From sequence record NC_070998.1: DNA of 64,000 nt; one strand, written 5' to 3'. Made by a program: the position numbers and the translations under genes. Positions 25,456-34,953 of this stretch are shown in pieces; the stretch's first letter is position 1, and each line of letters begins with the position of its first letter. Below the pieces are notes generated by a model. The model made no database searches. It saw only the letters and a program-made list of their open reading frames with translations, and was not told the DNA's origin.

Positions 25456-26538
25456 TTGATGCAAAATTTTAATTCGGATAAATTTGTTAGTTTTCTTCAC
25501 TTCGCTAACTTCGTACTCCCCGAAGAAGGCATTATGGAGCTAGATGAAGATACTGTAAACGAAGTAATCAAAATATCTCTTGGCGAACATCTCTTTACTG
25601 TTACTGGAAAGTTCTGGAATAAGTTTTGTAAGATTGTTGAAAAGGAAGAGTTAGGTGAACTACTTCAGATGTTAGAAGAAGTTGATGGACCATTTAAGTA
25701 TTCTGCTAAACCTAGTGTAGATGATTTCTTACCTAACCTGGCTGAAGATCTAAAAGAACTTCCCGATAATGTTAAAGACGTTATTCAACAGCGTATCTCA
25801 GGTATTGTTAACATCACTGGTATTCAGATTCGTCGTTTGGCAGAGATCATTAACAAACGTATTGAAGAGGTTAGTCGTGACGTTAACATTATCAAAGACT
25901 TCGACGCTTTCCTAACTCTTGATGTTACCTATGAGAAAGGATTTAAGCTGTTTCTCTGTTTTGATAAGATTAAACCGATCTTTGACGAACCCACAGATAT
26001 TCAAATTCTTCGCACCCCGATGAGCAACGAAGACATTAAACTTTATATCGGTGATGACTATAAAGAGATTCGTCGTTTGTTCACTTTGATCGAAGAAGGT
26101 GTTAATAGTCTGTTGGAATGTAAAGCAGTTAGCTTTAGTAGTTTAGCTAAGGACTTTGCTATCAGCTTGGTTAATGGGTCAATAGTTCAACATCTACTTC
26201 AGATTACTCCGGTATTTATCTCGTTTGGTGGTGCAGATAACTGGAGAGTGTTTGGTGATCTTACTCCTAACTCCACAGTTTGTCATAAACTACTTGATCA
26301 AGAACTTGAGTACATTGTTAAGTATCTCAAAGAGATTCCTTTGGAAGAAGGCGTTGACTATTACGCAGTGGATATTAACCATCTTACCGTTTACGGTCGT
26401 AATAACCTCAACAAGACAGTCAACGGTCCACACAGTAAGCATAGTGATCACCTATCCCTGCGTTACAATGACGGTTTCTTTAATCTACTCCTACTGCGTT
26501 TAAAACAATCTGACAATAAAATCTGTTTTAGTTACTAA
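25456..26538 (+). CDS. hypothetical protein
   Basis: 360-aa ORF, AGGA RBS, followed by terminator. Confidence 0.75.
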   Translation: MMQNFNSDKFVSFLHFANFVLPEEGIMELDEDTVNEVIKISLGEHLFTVTGKFWNKFCKIVEKEELGELLQMLEEVDGPFKYSAKPSVDDFLPNLAEDLKELPDNVKDVIQQRISGIVNITGIQIRRLAEIINKRIEEVSRDVNIIKDFDAFLTLDVTYEKGFKLFLCFDKIKPIFDEPTDIQILRTPMSNEDIKLYIGDDYKEIRRLFTLIEEGVNSLLECKAVSFSSLAKDFAISLVNGSIVQHLLQITPVFISFGGADNWRVFGDLTPNSTVCHKLLDQELEYIVKYLKEIPLEEGVDYYAVDINHLTVYGRNNLNKTVNGPHSKHSDHLSLRYNDGFFNLLLLRLKQSDNKICFSY

Positions 26539-26550
26539 GCAAACATAAAG

Positions 26551-26578
26551 CCTAAGGTAGACGATTGTCTACCTTAGG
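26551..26578. terminator. bidirectional terminator-like hairpin
   Basis: CCTAAGGTAGAC-GATT-GTCTACCTTAGG. Confidence 0.7.
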
Positions 26579-26581
26579 TAT

Positions 26582-27355
26582 TTACAGTTTTACTAATTCT
26601 TCAGAATGAATATTGAGAACCCGTGTTACTTCTGCGAGCAAAGTAAAAGAGTAACCAATAAATGTCATGTTATCTGAAAGGAATTGGATGGACTCATTAA
26701 GCAAACCAAAGTCAGCAGGCGATAGAATGATTTCATTACTATCAACTTTACGTTTAACCAGTTTAACGATCTCTACAACTTGATCTGCTTGTTTAGCTAG
26801 AACTTCTGCATCACGAGATTTCAAAGTAACAACTTCTTTATTGAAGTATTTGATCACATCTCCCACTTCTGACCAATTGGGATAAAGTTCAGAAACGGGA
26901 CGAGTGAATACTTTACTCTCTTTAAGCTGTTCTACTTTCTCGCGCAGCTCACTAACTAGAACCAAGTGGTCGCCATTACGAATACTAAAGGGAACTTTAC
27001 CTGTTGCAGCAGTATTCTTTAGTGCTCGATAAAGATCTTCAGCTTGAGTCATAACCAGTTTCATGGCACCGATAGATTGGAGCAACAAAATAGTGTACTC
27101 TTTGAAACTCATCTGTGCTGGGTTAAAGAAAACTGGGGATTGGATATGTTTGAACGAGACATCAAAATAAGTTTTATTACTTTTCAACCAAACACTTGGA
27201 TCTGTTTTAACAGTATGAATGGACTTATTAAAATGTTTGGCATTGAACTTATCAATACCTAGAGAAAATTCTTTATACAGAGATGAAATACGCTCACCAA
27301 CGGTAAGCGCTTCATTTCCAGTGATCTGATCAAGATCAAAAATACGAGTAGTCAT
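26582..27355 (-). CDS. conserved jumbo-phage protein, possibly virion-associated
   Basis: 257-aa ORF divergent from uvsX, as in phiKZ-like synteny. Confidence 0.55.
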   Translation of the reverse strand: MTTRIFDLDQITGNEALTVGERISSLYKEFSLGIDKFNAKHFNKSIHTVKTDPSVWLKSNKTYFDVSFKHIQSPVFFNPAQMSFKEYTILLLQSIGAMKLVMTQAEDLYRALKNTAATGKVPFSIRNGDHLVLVSELREKVEQLKESKVFTRPVSELYPNWSEVGDVIKYFNKEVVTLKSRDAEVLAKQADQVVEIVKLVKRKVDSNEIILSPADFGLLNESIQFLSDNMTFIGYSFTLLAEVTRVLNIHSEELVKL

Positions 27356-27412
27356 GCTATGGAAATCCCATTAGTGTGAATCGATTCATAACATTTGAGA
27401 AAAGGGTTGAAT

Positions 27413-28879
27413 ATGCTTTCTGCTTTGAGTTTCATTAAAGATTACGGCGCTGATTCTAATCTGCAAATCGGGTTAAACGTCTCTCCAATTTTTGATATGC
27501 AAACTACCAACATGATCAAGGGCGAGGATGATGTTTGGTATATGAATGGTGGATTGATGCCGATCAACGCATTGGCTGGTGGCAATAATACCCAGAAGAC
27601 TGGTCGATTGGTTAAAGACTGCGCTGCTTTACTTCACCGGTTCCGGCACGCTACTATTCTCTATGGCGATACTGAATCTACATTGGATGTTTATCGTCTT
27701 GCCGAAGAAGTAAACCGCCTGTACGGTATTGAAAATTATTTCGAAGATAACATCGAAGATAAACGCTTCTTCTACATGCCTAACTCTGCTGGTATTGACG
27801 GGACTGAGCTTCATAACAAAGTACTTGATATCTATAAACGTATCCAAGCGCTCTCAGAGTCCAAAGATAAAGCTGAACAAGAAGCGTATAAAGAACTCTT
27901 CATGGATACTCCTTGGACTTCTAAGAAGACAGGTAAACGTATTCAGGTTCAACATCCTATCCTATTTATCTGCGATTCTATTTCAGAAGTTATGTTTGAC
28001 AAACTAATGTTCAAACAGTTTGATGAAGGCGATATGGATGAAGGTGGTAAGAAACGTACTCGGGATATGGAGATCGGTAACCTTCGTCGTATCCTGATGA
28101 CTGATGTATGTATTCTAGGTCCGCGTGTAGGTATCCGTTCCTATTGGATTGCTCAATCTGCCGATGTGATCAATATGGATGGTAAGCCTAAAGAGAAAGA
28201 CTCTACCTTCCTTCGGCACAACAAGAAACTCTCTGCTCCTAAAGCTATGTTGAAACTTCCTCACATTGGTGTGGAGATCATCAAAGGTACAGTATTGAAA
28301 CAACCCGATCACTCTGTTACTTATCCTCGTGGTAAAGAAAGTCAGATCGAAGTTAATGCCAAGAGTAATCCAGATCTTGTTGAATACTTCACCACAGTGT
28401 TTCGTAACAAGTCAGGTAGCTCGGGTGGTGACATCTCCTTTATCGGTTCTCAGGAACTTGGTATTCAGGAAGGTATGAGTATGTATCACATGCTCAAAGA
28501 AGCTAAGTACTTTGGTTTGACTGGTTCTGCTGTTCGTCATGCTTGTGCTCTTTATCCTGAGTGTAGTTTGATGCGCACTACAGTGCGTGATCTGGTAGAA
28601 GGTGAAACACGCGATGCTAAATTGTACCGCGCTATTGAGATCACTTGGCAACTGTGGTTTATTCAGACCTTCTGGAGTAACATCCCTGCTAACTTCCGTA
28701 TCACCCCAGAGGAGCTTTATAACGCTGTTAAAGAACAAGGTATCGATTGGAATGATATCCTTGAGAACACAGTTTACTTCTGGCACGATAACCCGGAACA
28801 CATTAAGAAACACACACTGACTGTTTATGAACTTCTAGAGATTGCAGTCAATAAGAAAAAACCTTATTGGATTAAATAA
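27413..28879 (+). CDS. uvsX: UvsX/RecA-like recombinase
   Basis: Walker A-like GGNNTQKT, GDTEST, Walker B-like ICDSIS; neighbour of virion RNAP beta C-terminal subunit as in phiKZ. Confidence 0.75.
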   Translation: MLSALSFIKDYGADSNLQIGLNVSPIFDMQTTNMIKGEDDVWYMNGGLMPINALAGGNNTQKTGRLVKDCAALLHRFRHATILYGDTESTLDVYRLAEEVNRLYGIENYFEDNIEDKRFFYMPNSAGIDGTELHNKVLDIYKRIQALSESKDKAEQEAYKELFMDTPWTSKKTGKRIQVQHPILFICDSISEVMFDKLMFKQFDEGDMDEGGKKRTRDMEIGNLRRILMTDVCILGPRVGIRSYWIAQSADVINMDGKPKEKDSTFLRHNKKLSAPKAMLKLPHIGVEIIKGTVLKQPDHSVTYPRGKESQIEVNAKSNPDLVEYFTTVFRNKSGSSGGDISFIGSQELGIQEGMSMYHMLKEAKYFGLTGSAVRHACALYPECSLMRTTVRDLVEGETRDAKLYRAIEITWQLWFIQTFWSNIPANFRITPEELYNAVKEQGIDWNDILENTVYFWHDNPEHIKKHTLTVYELLEIAVNKKKPYWIK

Positions 28880-28881
28880 TT

Positions 28882-29235
28882 ATGCTTCACGACTATTCTG
28901 TATTGGTATTGGTAGAACCGGATTTCCACCTCAAGGCGAAAGATGTCGAAACTTATCTTGCTAAACTTAAAACGTTTCTGTTAAAGCGTGCTGGCGATAT
29001 TAATCTGCGTGTGGTAACAGTAGAAGGTAAGTACGGCATTCCTGGGGTAGAAATTATGCAAACCGATAATCGAAATAAGACTGCTTTTATTAAAGCTATC
29101 GAAGATTATTTGGGGCAACTCAATGAGATTGTCGTAATTGCTAACTTCCAGAAAGAACCTTATTTAGATGCTGTTAGTATTAAAGCGTCAGAAGCATCTA
29201 AGACATTCACTGTTTACGGTTACGAGACCAAGTAA
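28882..29235 (+). CDS. hypothetical protein
   Basis: 117-aa ORF in operon. Confidence 0.7.
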   Translation: MLHDYSVLVLVEPDFHLKAKDVETYLAKLKTFLLKRAGDINLRVVTVEGKYGIPGVEIMQTDNRNKTAFIKAIEDYLGQLNEIVVIANFQKEPYLDAVSIKASEASKTFTVYGYETK

Positions 29236-29913
29236 ATGAAACATCGTAGCGAAATTGAAGAAGAGATTCTGACATTCGCAAAGCGCATGACACCAGGTGG
29301 CGGAAGTCACCTGGTTTATAAAGCTCTGTTTAAGAAAATGAACGATGAGCAATTTAAAGCGTTTTGGAATGGTATTTGTGACAGTAATTTTATCCCTGTC
29401 TTTGTTAACAACTTTGACAATAAGGAGATGATTGATTACGATGATGTCTGTTTGTTTGCAAAAGAATTGAACATTCCTTTGGAACAACAACTCGTTATTA
29501 CTGATCCCGATTCTGGTTTGGAATACACTACTCCTGAGACAGCTATTGTAGGTTACGCAGAGATGCGTAAACAGCGTCAGTTGCAAGCTAAGAAGTTTGG
29601 TGCTAGTAAGAACGACCACGAGACAGAAGACCTCACAGGCCAACCTACAGGCGATTCTAAAGCAGGTGGTATTAGTTCTCCTGAGATCCGGGTATTGTTG
29701 TCACTAGGTTTGAAAACTACTGCTAAGGAACTCTTTGATGTTCGTGGTGGTGATGTTAAAGCTTATCGGGCTTATAAGTCTGATATCCTTACTAGCGGCG
29801 AAACGACTACTCAGTCTTCTTTACAACGTGGTTCTGGTGTTAAGTCTCTTCAGACTGCTCACTTCTTACTGCGTGGTAGAATGCTTGATAACAATCTCAA
29901 CGCTAAGGGCTAA
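29236..29913 (+). CDS. rpoB: virion RNA polymerase beta subunit, C-terminal part (phiKZ gp149-like)
   Basis: ITDPDSG..IVGYAEMRKQ and DLTGQPTGDSKAGGISSPE align with beta DGRTG..VGYMY.LKL and VTQQPLGGK..GG...E. Confidence 0.8.
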   Translation: MKHRSEIEEEILTFAKRMTPGGGSHLVYKALFKKMNDEQFKAFWNGICDSNFIPVFVNNFDNKEMIDYDDVCLFAKELNIPLEQQLVITDPDSGLEYTTPETAIVGYAEMRKQRQLQAKKFGASKNDHETEDLTGQPTGDSKAGGISSPEIRVLLSLGLKTTAKELFDVRGGDVKAYRAYKSDILTSGETTTQSSLQRGSGVKSLQTAHFLLRGRMLDNNLNAKG

Positions 29914-29915
29914 CT

Positions 29916-30368
29916 ATGGATCAGCTACCTATTCCAGGTCAACTTGTTGATCCTGTTGAAGCCCTGCTAGGGGACATTGTTGAAGAAGCAATGATTGAGA
30001 TTATTGCTAATAAAGACAGTTCTCTATTTTGGACCAAACTCAAAGATCATCTTTACGATACCGCTTTGATTTCTTTTGAAGAAAACTATAATAATCTAAT
30101 TGCTGACTTGGGACAAACCCCAGATGCATTTGATTATTTTGTTAGATTTGTTCAACGTGTATTAGCTAAACCTTACTGTTCAGAAGCTTTGCGTAAAGTA
30201 GAGTCAACTAGAGAGTTGGTTAACAAAACAACAGGGTTAGATAACATGTTGGTTATTACTACCGATAATAAAGATCAAGTTAAACCTATCTGTTATATGC
30301 TCGCTGTGTACGCCCCAATCACGATGTATCGAATTAATGTCATTGGTGTAGATAAAGGGGAAGAATAA
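29916..30368 (+). CDS. conserved hypothetical protein
   Basis: 150-aa ORF in operon. Confidence 0.7.
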   Translation: MDQLPIPGQLVDPVEALLGDIVEEAMIEIIANKDSSLFWTKLKDHLYDTALISFEENYNNLIADLGQTPDAFDYFVRFVQRVLAKPYCSEALRKVESTRELVNKTTGLDNMLVITTDNKDQVKPICYMLAVYAPITMYRINVIGVDKGEE

Positions 30369-31096
30369 TGGATATCCTCGTATACACTGATCTAGACAGC
30401 TTATTTGATACACGTCGTGGCATCATTCACAAACTTGCTTTAGAATCTGGTAATGTTAACTTTAATTGGGAAACACAATTCTCCCAAATTTATGCGAGAC
30501 GAAAGTACGACATCTTTAACCAACCCGAACTTGGCATTACTCAAGAAAAATACCAAGCTCGATTTGATAAAAGGACTCTTGATGATTTTGCTGACTCAAA
30601 GTGCGCTTATGTGCTTCCGAGTAAGCTTATCAATCATATGTTTAATATTGTACGCGAGTTGGAATTTGGTGTAGGTAAGATGTTGTCCATGAGTACATTC
30701 AATGTGACAGTTAACCTATACCCATTCGAGCTCAGTTTAGAAAGACAGAAAGCACTAGAAGATACTTTACGTGGTGCTGTGAAGTTTAACATTGGCATAA
30801 ACTTTGTTAACATTCCTTATGATGATCAACGCGCTAAGTATCTTAACAGTTTTCAATATGTCTTTAAGTATGATCTCTTCTTGTCTAAACACATGAAGAA
30901 TTATTGGTCAGATTACGGAACGTGCCAACCTAGCAACGTGAAGTTTATCGTACCTGATGTATTAGCAAAACAAACAGAACTACCCGAAGGAATGGATGCT
31001 GAATCTCCCAGATCTCTCATCAGTAAGCTGAATATTTCCCTTGGCGGTAAAACGACCTTTGTGGCAATTGATAAGACTATCTACGACTATCGTTAG
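30368..31096 (+). CDS. conserved hypothetical protein
   Basis: 242-aa ORF, YTDLDSLFDTR N-terminus, TAATG coupling. Confidence 0.7.
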   Translation: MDILVYTDLDSLFDTRRGIIHKLALESGNVNFNWETQFSQIYARRKYDIFNQPELGITQEKYQARFDKRTLDDFADSKCAYVLPSKLINHMFNIVRELEFGVGKMLSMSTFNVTVNLYPFELSLERQKALEDTLRGAVKFNIGINFVNIPYDDQRAKYLNSFQYVFKYDLFLSKHMKNYWSDYGTCQPSNVKFIVPDVLAKQTELPEGMDAESPRSLISKLNISLGGKTTFVAIDKTIYDYR

Positions 31097-31109
31097 ATAA
31101 CGGCAAATA

Positions 31110-31141
31110 CTCCTACTCTCCCAATTAAGGGAGAGTAGGAG
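31110..31141 (+). terminator. intrinsic terminator
   Basis: CTCCTACTCTCCC-AATTAA-GGGAGAGTAGGAG. Confidence 0.75.
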
Positions 31142-31160
31142 ATTTATTTATGTGTATCTT

Positions 31161-31198
31161 TAAGATCCAGGAAACCTCAGACCTATATTATTAAAATG
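31161..31198 (+). promoter_or_regulatory. putative early promoter (TAAGATCCA variant)
   Basis: TAAGATCCA-N6-CTCAGACC-TATATTATT. Confidence 0.65.
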
Positions 31199-31237
31199 AA
31201 AGAGTAACAATGTTTATTAATCTAGGAGAAGAAAATT

Positions 31238-31738
31238 ATGAAAATTACCTTTGCAAAAATTGAAGACAATGCAAAAATGTACGGCTCAGACCAAGTGGGT
31301 GTTTATCTGGATGGGGTGATGAGGTTTTTTATCACCAGCAATGGGGGCTTCCTCCACGCAAGGATTTTCACTTATCCTGATAACCAACAGATGTGTGGAT
31401 TTATAAACAAATACAAACCCACCTCGGTAGAGGAGATGAAAAAGTTGGTTCAAGCTCATCTGGGAGAACTTCTTGAAACCCTTAACGATGTGCGTAGTTA
31501 TTTTATCAAGTCGGTCTACACTAGCGGGGTTTACGGTTCTGTCTCGAGGGAACACCTTAGCTGGGGATATCTCTCTTTTGACGCGTTCGATTGGACACGG
31601 GAGCAGTTCAGCCTCGAGCTTGTTCAAAAACTAAAAGCACTGATTCACGAACATCCTGAAAAGGCCCAGGATGTGACCAGGATCGAAATCATCGATGTCC
31701 GGGAACTCACCAAAGAAATCATTCAAATTAAGGTGTGA
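31238..31738 (+). CDS. hypothetical protein in stand-alone transcription unit
   Basis: AGGAG RBS; bracketed by its own promoter and terminator. Confidence 0.75.
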   Translation: MKITFAKIEDNAKMYGSDQVGVYLDGVMRFFITSNGGFLHARIFTYPDNQQMCGFINKYKPTSVEEMKKLVQAHLGELLETLNDVRSYFIKSVYTSGVYGSVSREHLSWGYLSFDAFDWTREQFSLELVQKLKALIHEHPEKAQDVTRIEIIDVRELTKEIIQIKV

Positions 31739-31774
31739 CCATGGTCGTTTTTCAATGACCATTACTAAGTAGAA

Positions 31775-31801
31775 GCTCTGACTCCCATTGGGAGTCAGAG
31801 C
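31775..31801. terminator. bidirectional terminator-like palindrome
   Basis: GCTCTGACTCCCA-T-TGGGAGTCAGAGC. Confidence 0.7.
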
Positions 31802-31817
31802 CACTCCTCTTATTTAT

Positions 31818-32357
31818 TTATTCATCAAAACTTTCTTCAATTTCTTTTGAATCTACAACAATCAAACCTTGAGCTAATTCCTCTGCTTTGATCATCGTTT
31901 CGGAATACAATTGTGTGACAGGTTTTAGGGGATCTAAAATAATACCCATGTCGCCATAGTTGGGAATTACAAGTTTACCATTAGCTACTTCATTAAGAGC
32001 GTTAACAAAAGCTGCAAAGGAAGTCTTGTTGTCTTCCATCTCTTTTGCCTTAGCTTTTTCTTTTCTGTCGTCACGCACAGATTTCTCTAATTGACCAATC
32101 AGAGTGTTGATAGAATCAAGTAGTTTACAGTTAGATGGTTTACTAATGTAAGTTTGAGTAGCAATGTCCAACAGCAAGGTACGTTGTTTTTGAACTAAAT
32201 TAATAAGCTCATTTTCTGTCTCGGTATTTTGATCTTTCTTTAAGATAGCATTGATGTTACTAATAAGGACATCCTTATCCTTCAACATTACATCACTCTT
32301 AGTTCCTTCTACTGGTGGTGGGAGGATACCTGAATCCTCCATTTCATCATCGTACAT
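31818..32357 (-). CDS. conserved hypothetical coiled-coil protein
   Basis: 179-aa ORF, GGAG RBS. Confidence 0.7.
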   Translation of the reverse strand: MYDDEMEDSGILPPPVEGTKSDVMLKDKDVLISNINAILKKDQNTETENELINLVQKQRTLLLDIATQTYISKPSNCKLLDSINTLIGQLEKSVRDDRKEKAKAKEMEDNKTSFAAFVNALNEVANGKLVIPNYGDMGIILDPLKPVTQLYSETMIKAEELAQGLIVVDSKEIEESFDE

Positions 32358-32379
32358 AAATTACTCCAATTTGGTCTTT

Positions 32380-32412
32380 CTATAATTTTTGAGATAGATA
32401 TTATTCTCATGG
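32380..32412 (+). promoter_or_regulatory. putative early promoter (degenerate)
   Basis: CTATAATTTTTGAGATAGATATTATTCTCATGG. Confidence 0.45.
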
Positions 32413-32460
32413 TAAACACATGAGAAGTTTTCTACTAATGAGAATAAGGATGCGTTACTC

Positions 32461-33009
32461 ATGTTCTTTAAGAAGTTGCTTGCTAAGATACCATTTATTC
32501 GTAAAAGAATGATTAAGTCAATTAGAGTTAAACTGACTGAGATCTTAGAAGACTTTGATTCTGGAGCATTTAACGATATCTACGTTAAAGCTTTACAAAG
32601 CATTCTAAAATCGCCTGTAATCAATTTTAACGAAGAGTTGGTACTCGGTTCAATCAATCCCATTAAGACGTTTAGCAATAGCTCAGCGGCTCTTGTATTA
32701 AGTATAGAAAAGAAGGAAGTAAAGAAGTCAGTAATGGTGAAAAACGGGTCAGTAGCTTTAACCCAGAATACCAGATCGTTCTCTAGATGGTATTCGAATA
32801 AAGAAAGTATAGAAACGTTTGTTGGTGTAATTAGCGTATACTTGGAAAAACAAGTTATGTTAATGGAACCAGTTCTTGTCAACGGAGATAAAGTGGTCGA
32901 AGTTGTTATGACACCAGATGAGGATGAATTCCTTGACAGTCTATTATATAGACTAGCTCTGGTTGATCTAGTTAACATCATCGACTTCTACCTAGAGAGA
33001 CAGGTATGA
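32461..33009 (+). CDS. conserved hypothetical protein
   Basis: 182-aa ORF. Confidence 0.7.
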   Translation: MFFKKLLAKIPFIRKRMIKSIRVKLTEILEDFDSGAFNDIYVKALQSILKSPVINFNEELVLGSINPIKTFSNSSAALVLSIEKKEVKKSVMVKNGSVALTQNTRSFSRWYSNKESIETFVGVISVYLEKQVMLMEPVLVNGDKVVEVVMTPDEDEFLDSLLYRLALVDLVNIIDFYLERQV

Positions 33010-33428
33010 AAGACCAAAAGAAAACGAAAACGGTTCCCTTTGGAAAAAATAAAAACTACGTTCCAAAAGAACAGCTAACCGATACCCCGAGTCGAATGTT
33101 TAGAGAGATCATGGATGTCATGGGAGTAAATGCAGCCAAGTGGAAATCCTATATGGACGAATACTTGCGTTGGATCCACCCTGATGACTCTGGTCCACCA
33201 CTGGAAGTTAAGAAAGCTAGAGGCACTTCCTTAGGTAATGCCCAAAGCGCTTACTTCTGTAGTCGTACTTTAAGTTTTAACAAACTTATCACTGGTTTGA
33301 AAATACTCAAACTCAAACGCGTGACTTTCAAGATAGAGTGTGAAACAGAATCGGGAGAAATCTTCAATGTTTCCGAAACTACCATCTTGAGACGTTCCCG
33401 TAGTGATGTAATTGATGATAAAGACTAA
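33006..33428 (+). CDS. conserved hypothetical protein
   Basis: 140-aa ORF, ATGA overlap. Confidence 0.7.
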   Translation: MKDQKKTKTVPFGKNKNYVPKEQLTDTPSRMFREIMDVMGVNAAKWKSYMDEYLRWIHPDDSGPPLEVKKARGTSLGNAQSAYFCSRTLSFNKLITGLKILKLKRVTFKIECETESGEIFNVSETTILRRSRSDVIDDKD

Positions 33429-33430
33429 TT

Positions 33431-33470
33431 AGAGTAGCTCGATACCTCCAACTGGAGGTATCGACACTCT
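33431..33470 (+). terminator. intrinsic terminator
   Basis: TCGATACCTCCA-AC-TGGAGGTATCGA core extended by AGAGT/ACTCT. Confidence 0.65.
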
Positions 33471-33503
33471 TCACGTTTATTTATTTTTTAAGGATTTATT
33501 CCC

Positions 33504-34619
33504 ATGGGTTTACTTCAGAATAATAATCTATTTAGTGGTGTTGATTTAGATAACCCGTTACAAGCTGCATCCAAATCTATTTCAGACGCCATGAGTGGGT
33601 TTAGTGATCAGCTTATTAATCCTCTTAAGAACATTTCTGAATCTGTTAGTTCCGGTGTAGCATTGGTCGGTGAAAAAGACTCTATGCTAACTAAAGCACT
33701 CACTACGTTTAAATCGATTAATATTGAAAAGATACAATCTGGTGTTACTGATATGGTTGGGGGGATTCTTAATTCCCCAGATCTAGGTAGTATCTTAACC
33801 TATGAAGATGGGTTTAAGGTAGATACTGATGGATTGATAAGGATAGCTTCCCAAGGCTTAGGTTTTAATGTCAATGGTATTTCTGATATTAAAAATCAGT
33901 TAGGTCAAAGTTTCCTAGATGAGTTAAACTCTATGACTGGGGGTTTAACGTCAGGACTTTACTTTGAAGACGGAACTAAATTAAGAATTAGTGACGGTTG
34001 GGAAATGGGTGCTATAGATACTCTTACTGCTTTTCTAGGTAAGAGCAACCCAGCATTCGCTAAGATCCAAAGTTTAGCAGGCGTTAACTCCATTCTCAAT
34101 ACCATGTTGAAACAAGCTGCTCAAAATGGCTTGTATCAAAGTTTTGAAGATTTCAGTAATCAATACTTGTTCACTAGCGATTATGTTGATGCCATTATCA
34201 ATTCACTAGAGTACTGTATTGGTAAAGGTGATATCCAATCAATTAACAAGATCTTTGAAATTATCACCTCTGATGGATTACCAGTAGTAAGAGCTAAATA
34301 TCCAGATCTTATTGAAAGGATGTTAGCTAACTTTACATTTAGTTCTGAAACGAATCCTGAAGATTATCAAGAGCTCGGTATGCTGCTTAAGAACCTCTGT
34401 GAGCTCGTTGGCGGTGAACACTGGTATCTTTACCAAACAGAGTTCGGAATGGCCGTAAACCTAGTTACAGTGACTTCAATTAGCGATGATGCTAAACTAC
34501 TCCTTTCCGACTATCCTGAGTACTGTCCATTCTTATGTGCTTCTGGTATTTATCAGGAAGTAGATGCTAGAGAACACTTCTTATCGCAATTCCCCAATGC
34601 TATTGCATTTGAAAACTAA
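33504..34619 (+). CDS. putative virion (tail/baseplate) protein
   Basis: 371 aa, Ser/Gly-rich N-terminal half; near tail genes; function inferred. Confidence 0.45.
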   Translation: MGLLQNNNLFSGVDLDNPLQAASKSISDAMSGFSDQLINPLKNISESVSSGVALVGEKDSMLTKALTTFKSINIEKIQSGVTDMVGGILNSPDLGSILTYEDGFKVDTDGLIRIASQGLGFNVNGISDIKNQLGQSFLDELNSMTGGLTSGLYFEDGTKLRISDGWEMGAIDTLTAFLGKSNPAFAKIQSLAGVNSILNTMLKQAAQNGLYQSFEDFSNQYLFTSDYVDAIINSLEYCIGKGDIQSINKIFEIITSDGLPVVRAKYPDLIERMLANFTFSSETNPEDYQELGMLLKNLCELVGGEHWYLYQTEFGMAVNLVTVTSISDDAKLLLSDYPEYCPFLCASGIYQEVDAREHFLSQFPNAIAFEN

Positions 34620-34624
34620 TTTCC

Positions 34625-34654
34625 CCTTACCTAACCAATTAAGGTTAGGTAAGG
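34625..34654 (+). terminator. intrinsic terminator
   Basis: CCTTACCTAACC-AATTAA-GGTTAGGTAAGG. Confidence 0.75.
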
Positions 34655-34864
34655 TTATTTATTAACTATAAATTTATTTTTTAAAGTAGTTTTCTATTAT
34701 ATAGTGACTAGGAAACCCCTGGACGCCCGATAGGGCAATTTGTTTGTATATTAGCGGAACGTAGTGACATCCTTTTATCTTTAGTCTTTATCTTTAAGTT
34801 ACTTTTAACTTGGGTAAACTAAGAATAAAAAGAAAATAAAGATATAAAGAAACCATATAAATAA

Positions 34865-34894
34865 CTCTACTTACCCTTAATAGGGTAAGTAGAG
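34865..34894. repeat. 13-bp inverted repeat upstream of HNH gene
   Basis: CTCTACTTACCCT-TAAT-AGGGTAAGTAGAG. Confidence 0.7.
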
Positions 34895-34953
34895 AATGAG
34901 TATAGGTATACTATGTAAAAGTTTGGAACTATTCCGTTGTCCTAAGGGTTTAT

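Noticed and set aside
34655-34953. Intron surrounding the HNH gene
   Set aside because: No P/Q/R/S elements; the flanking genes are complete and convergent on the right side, so the HNH is free-standing
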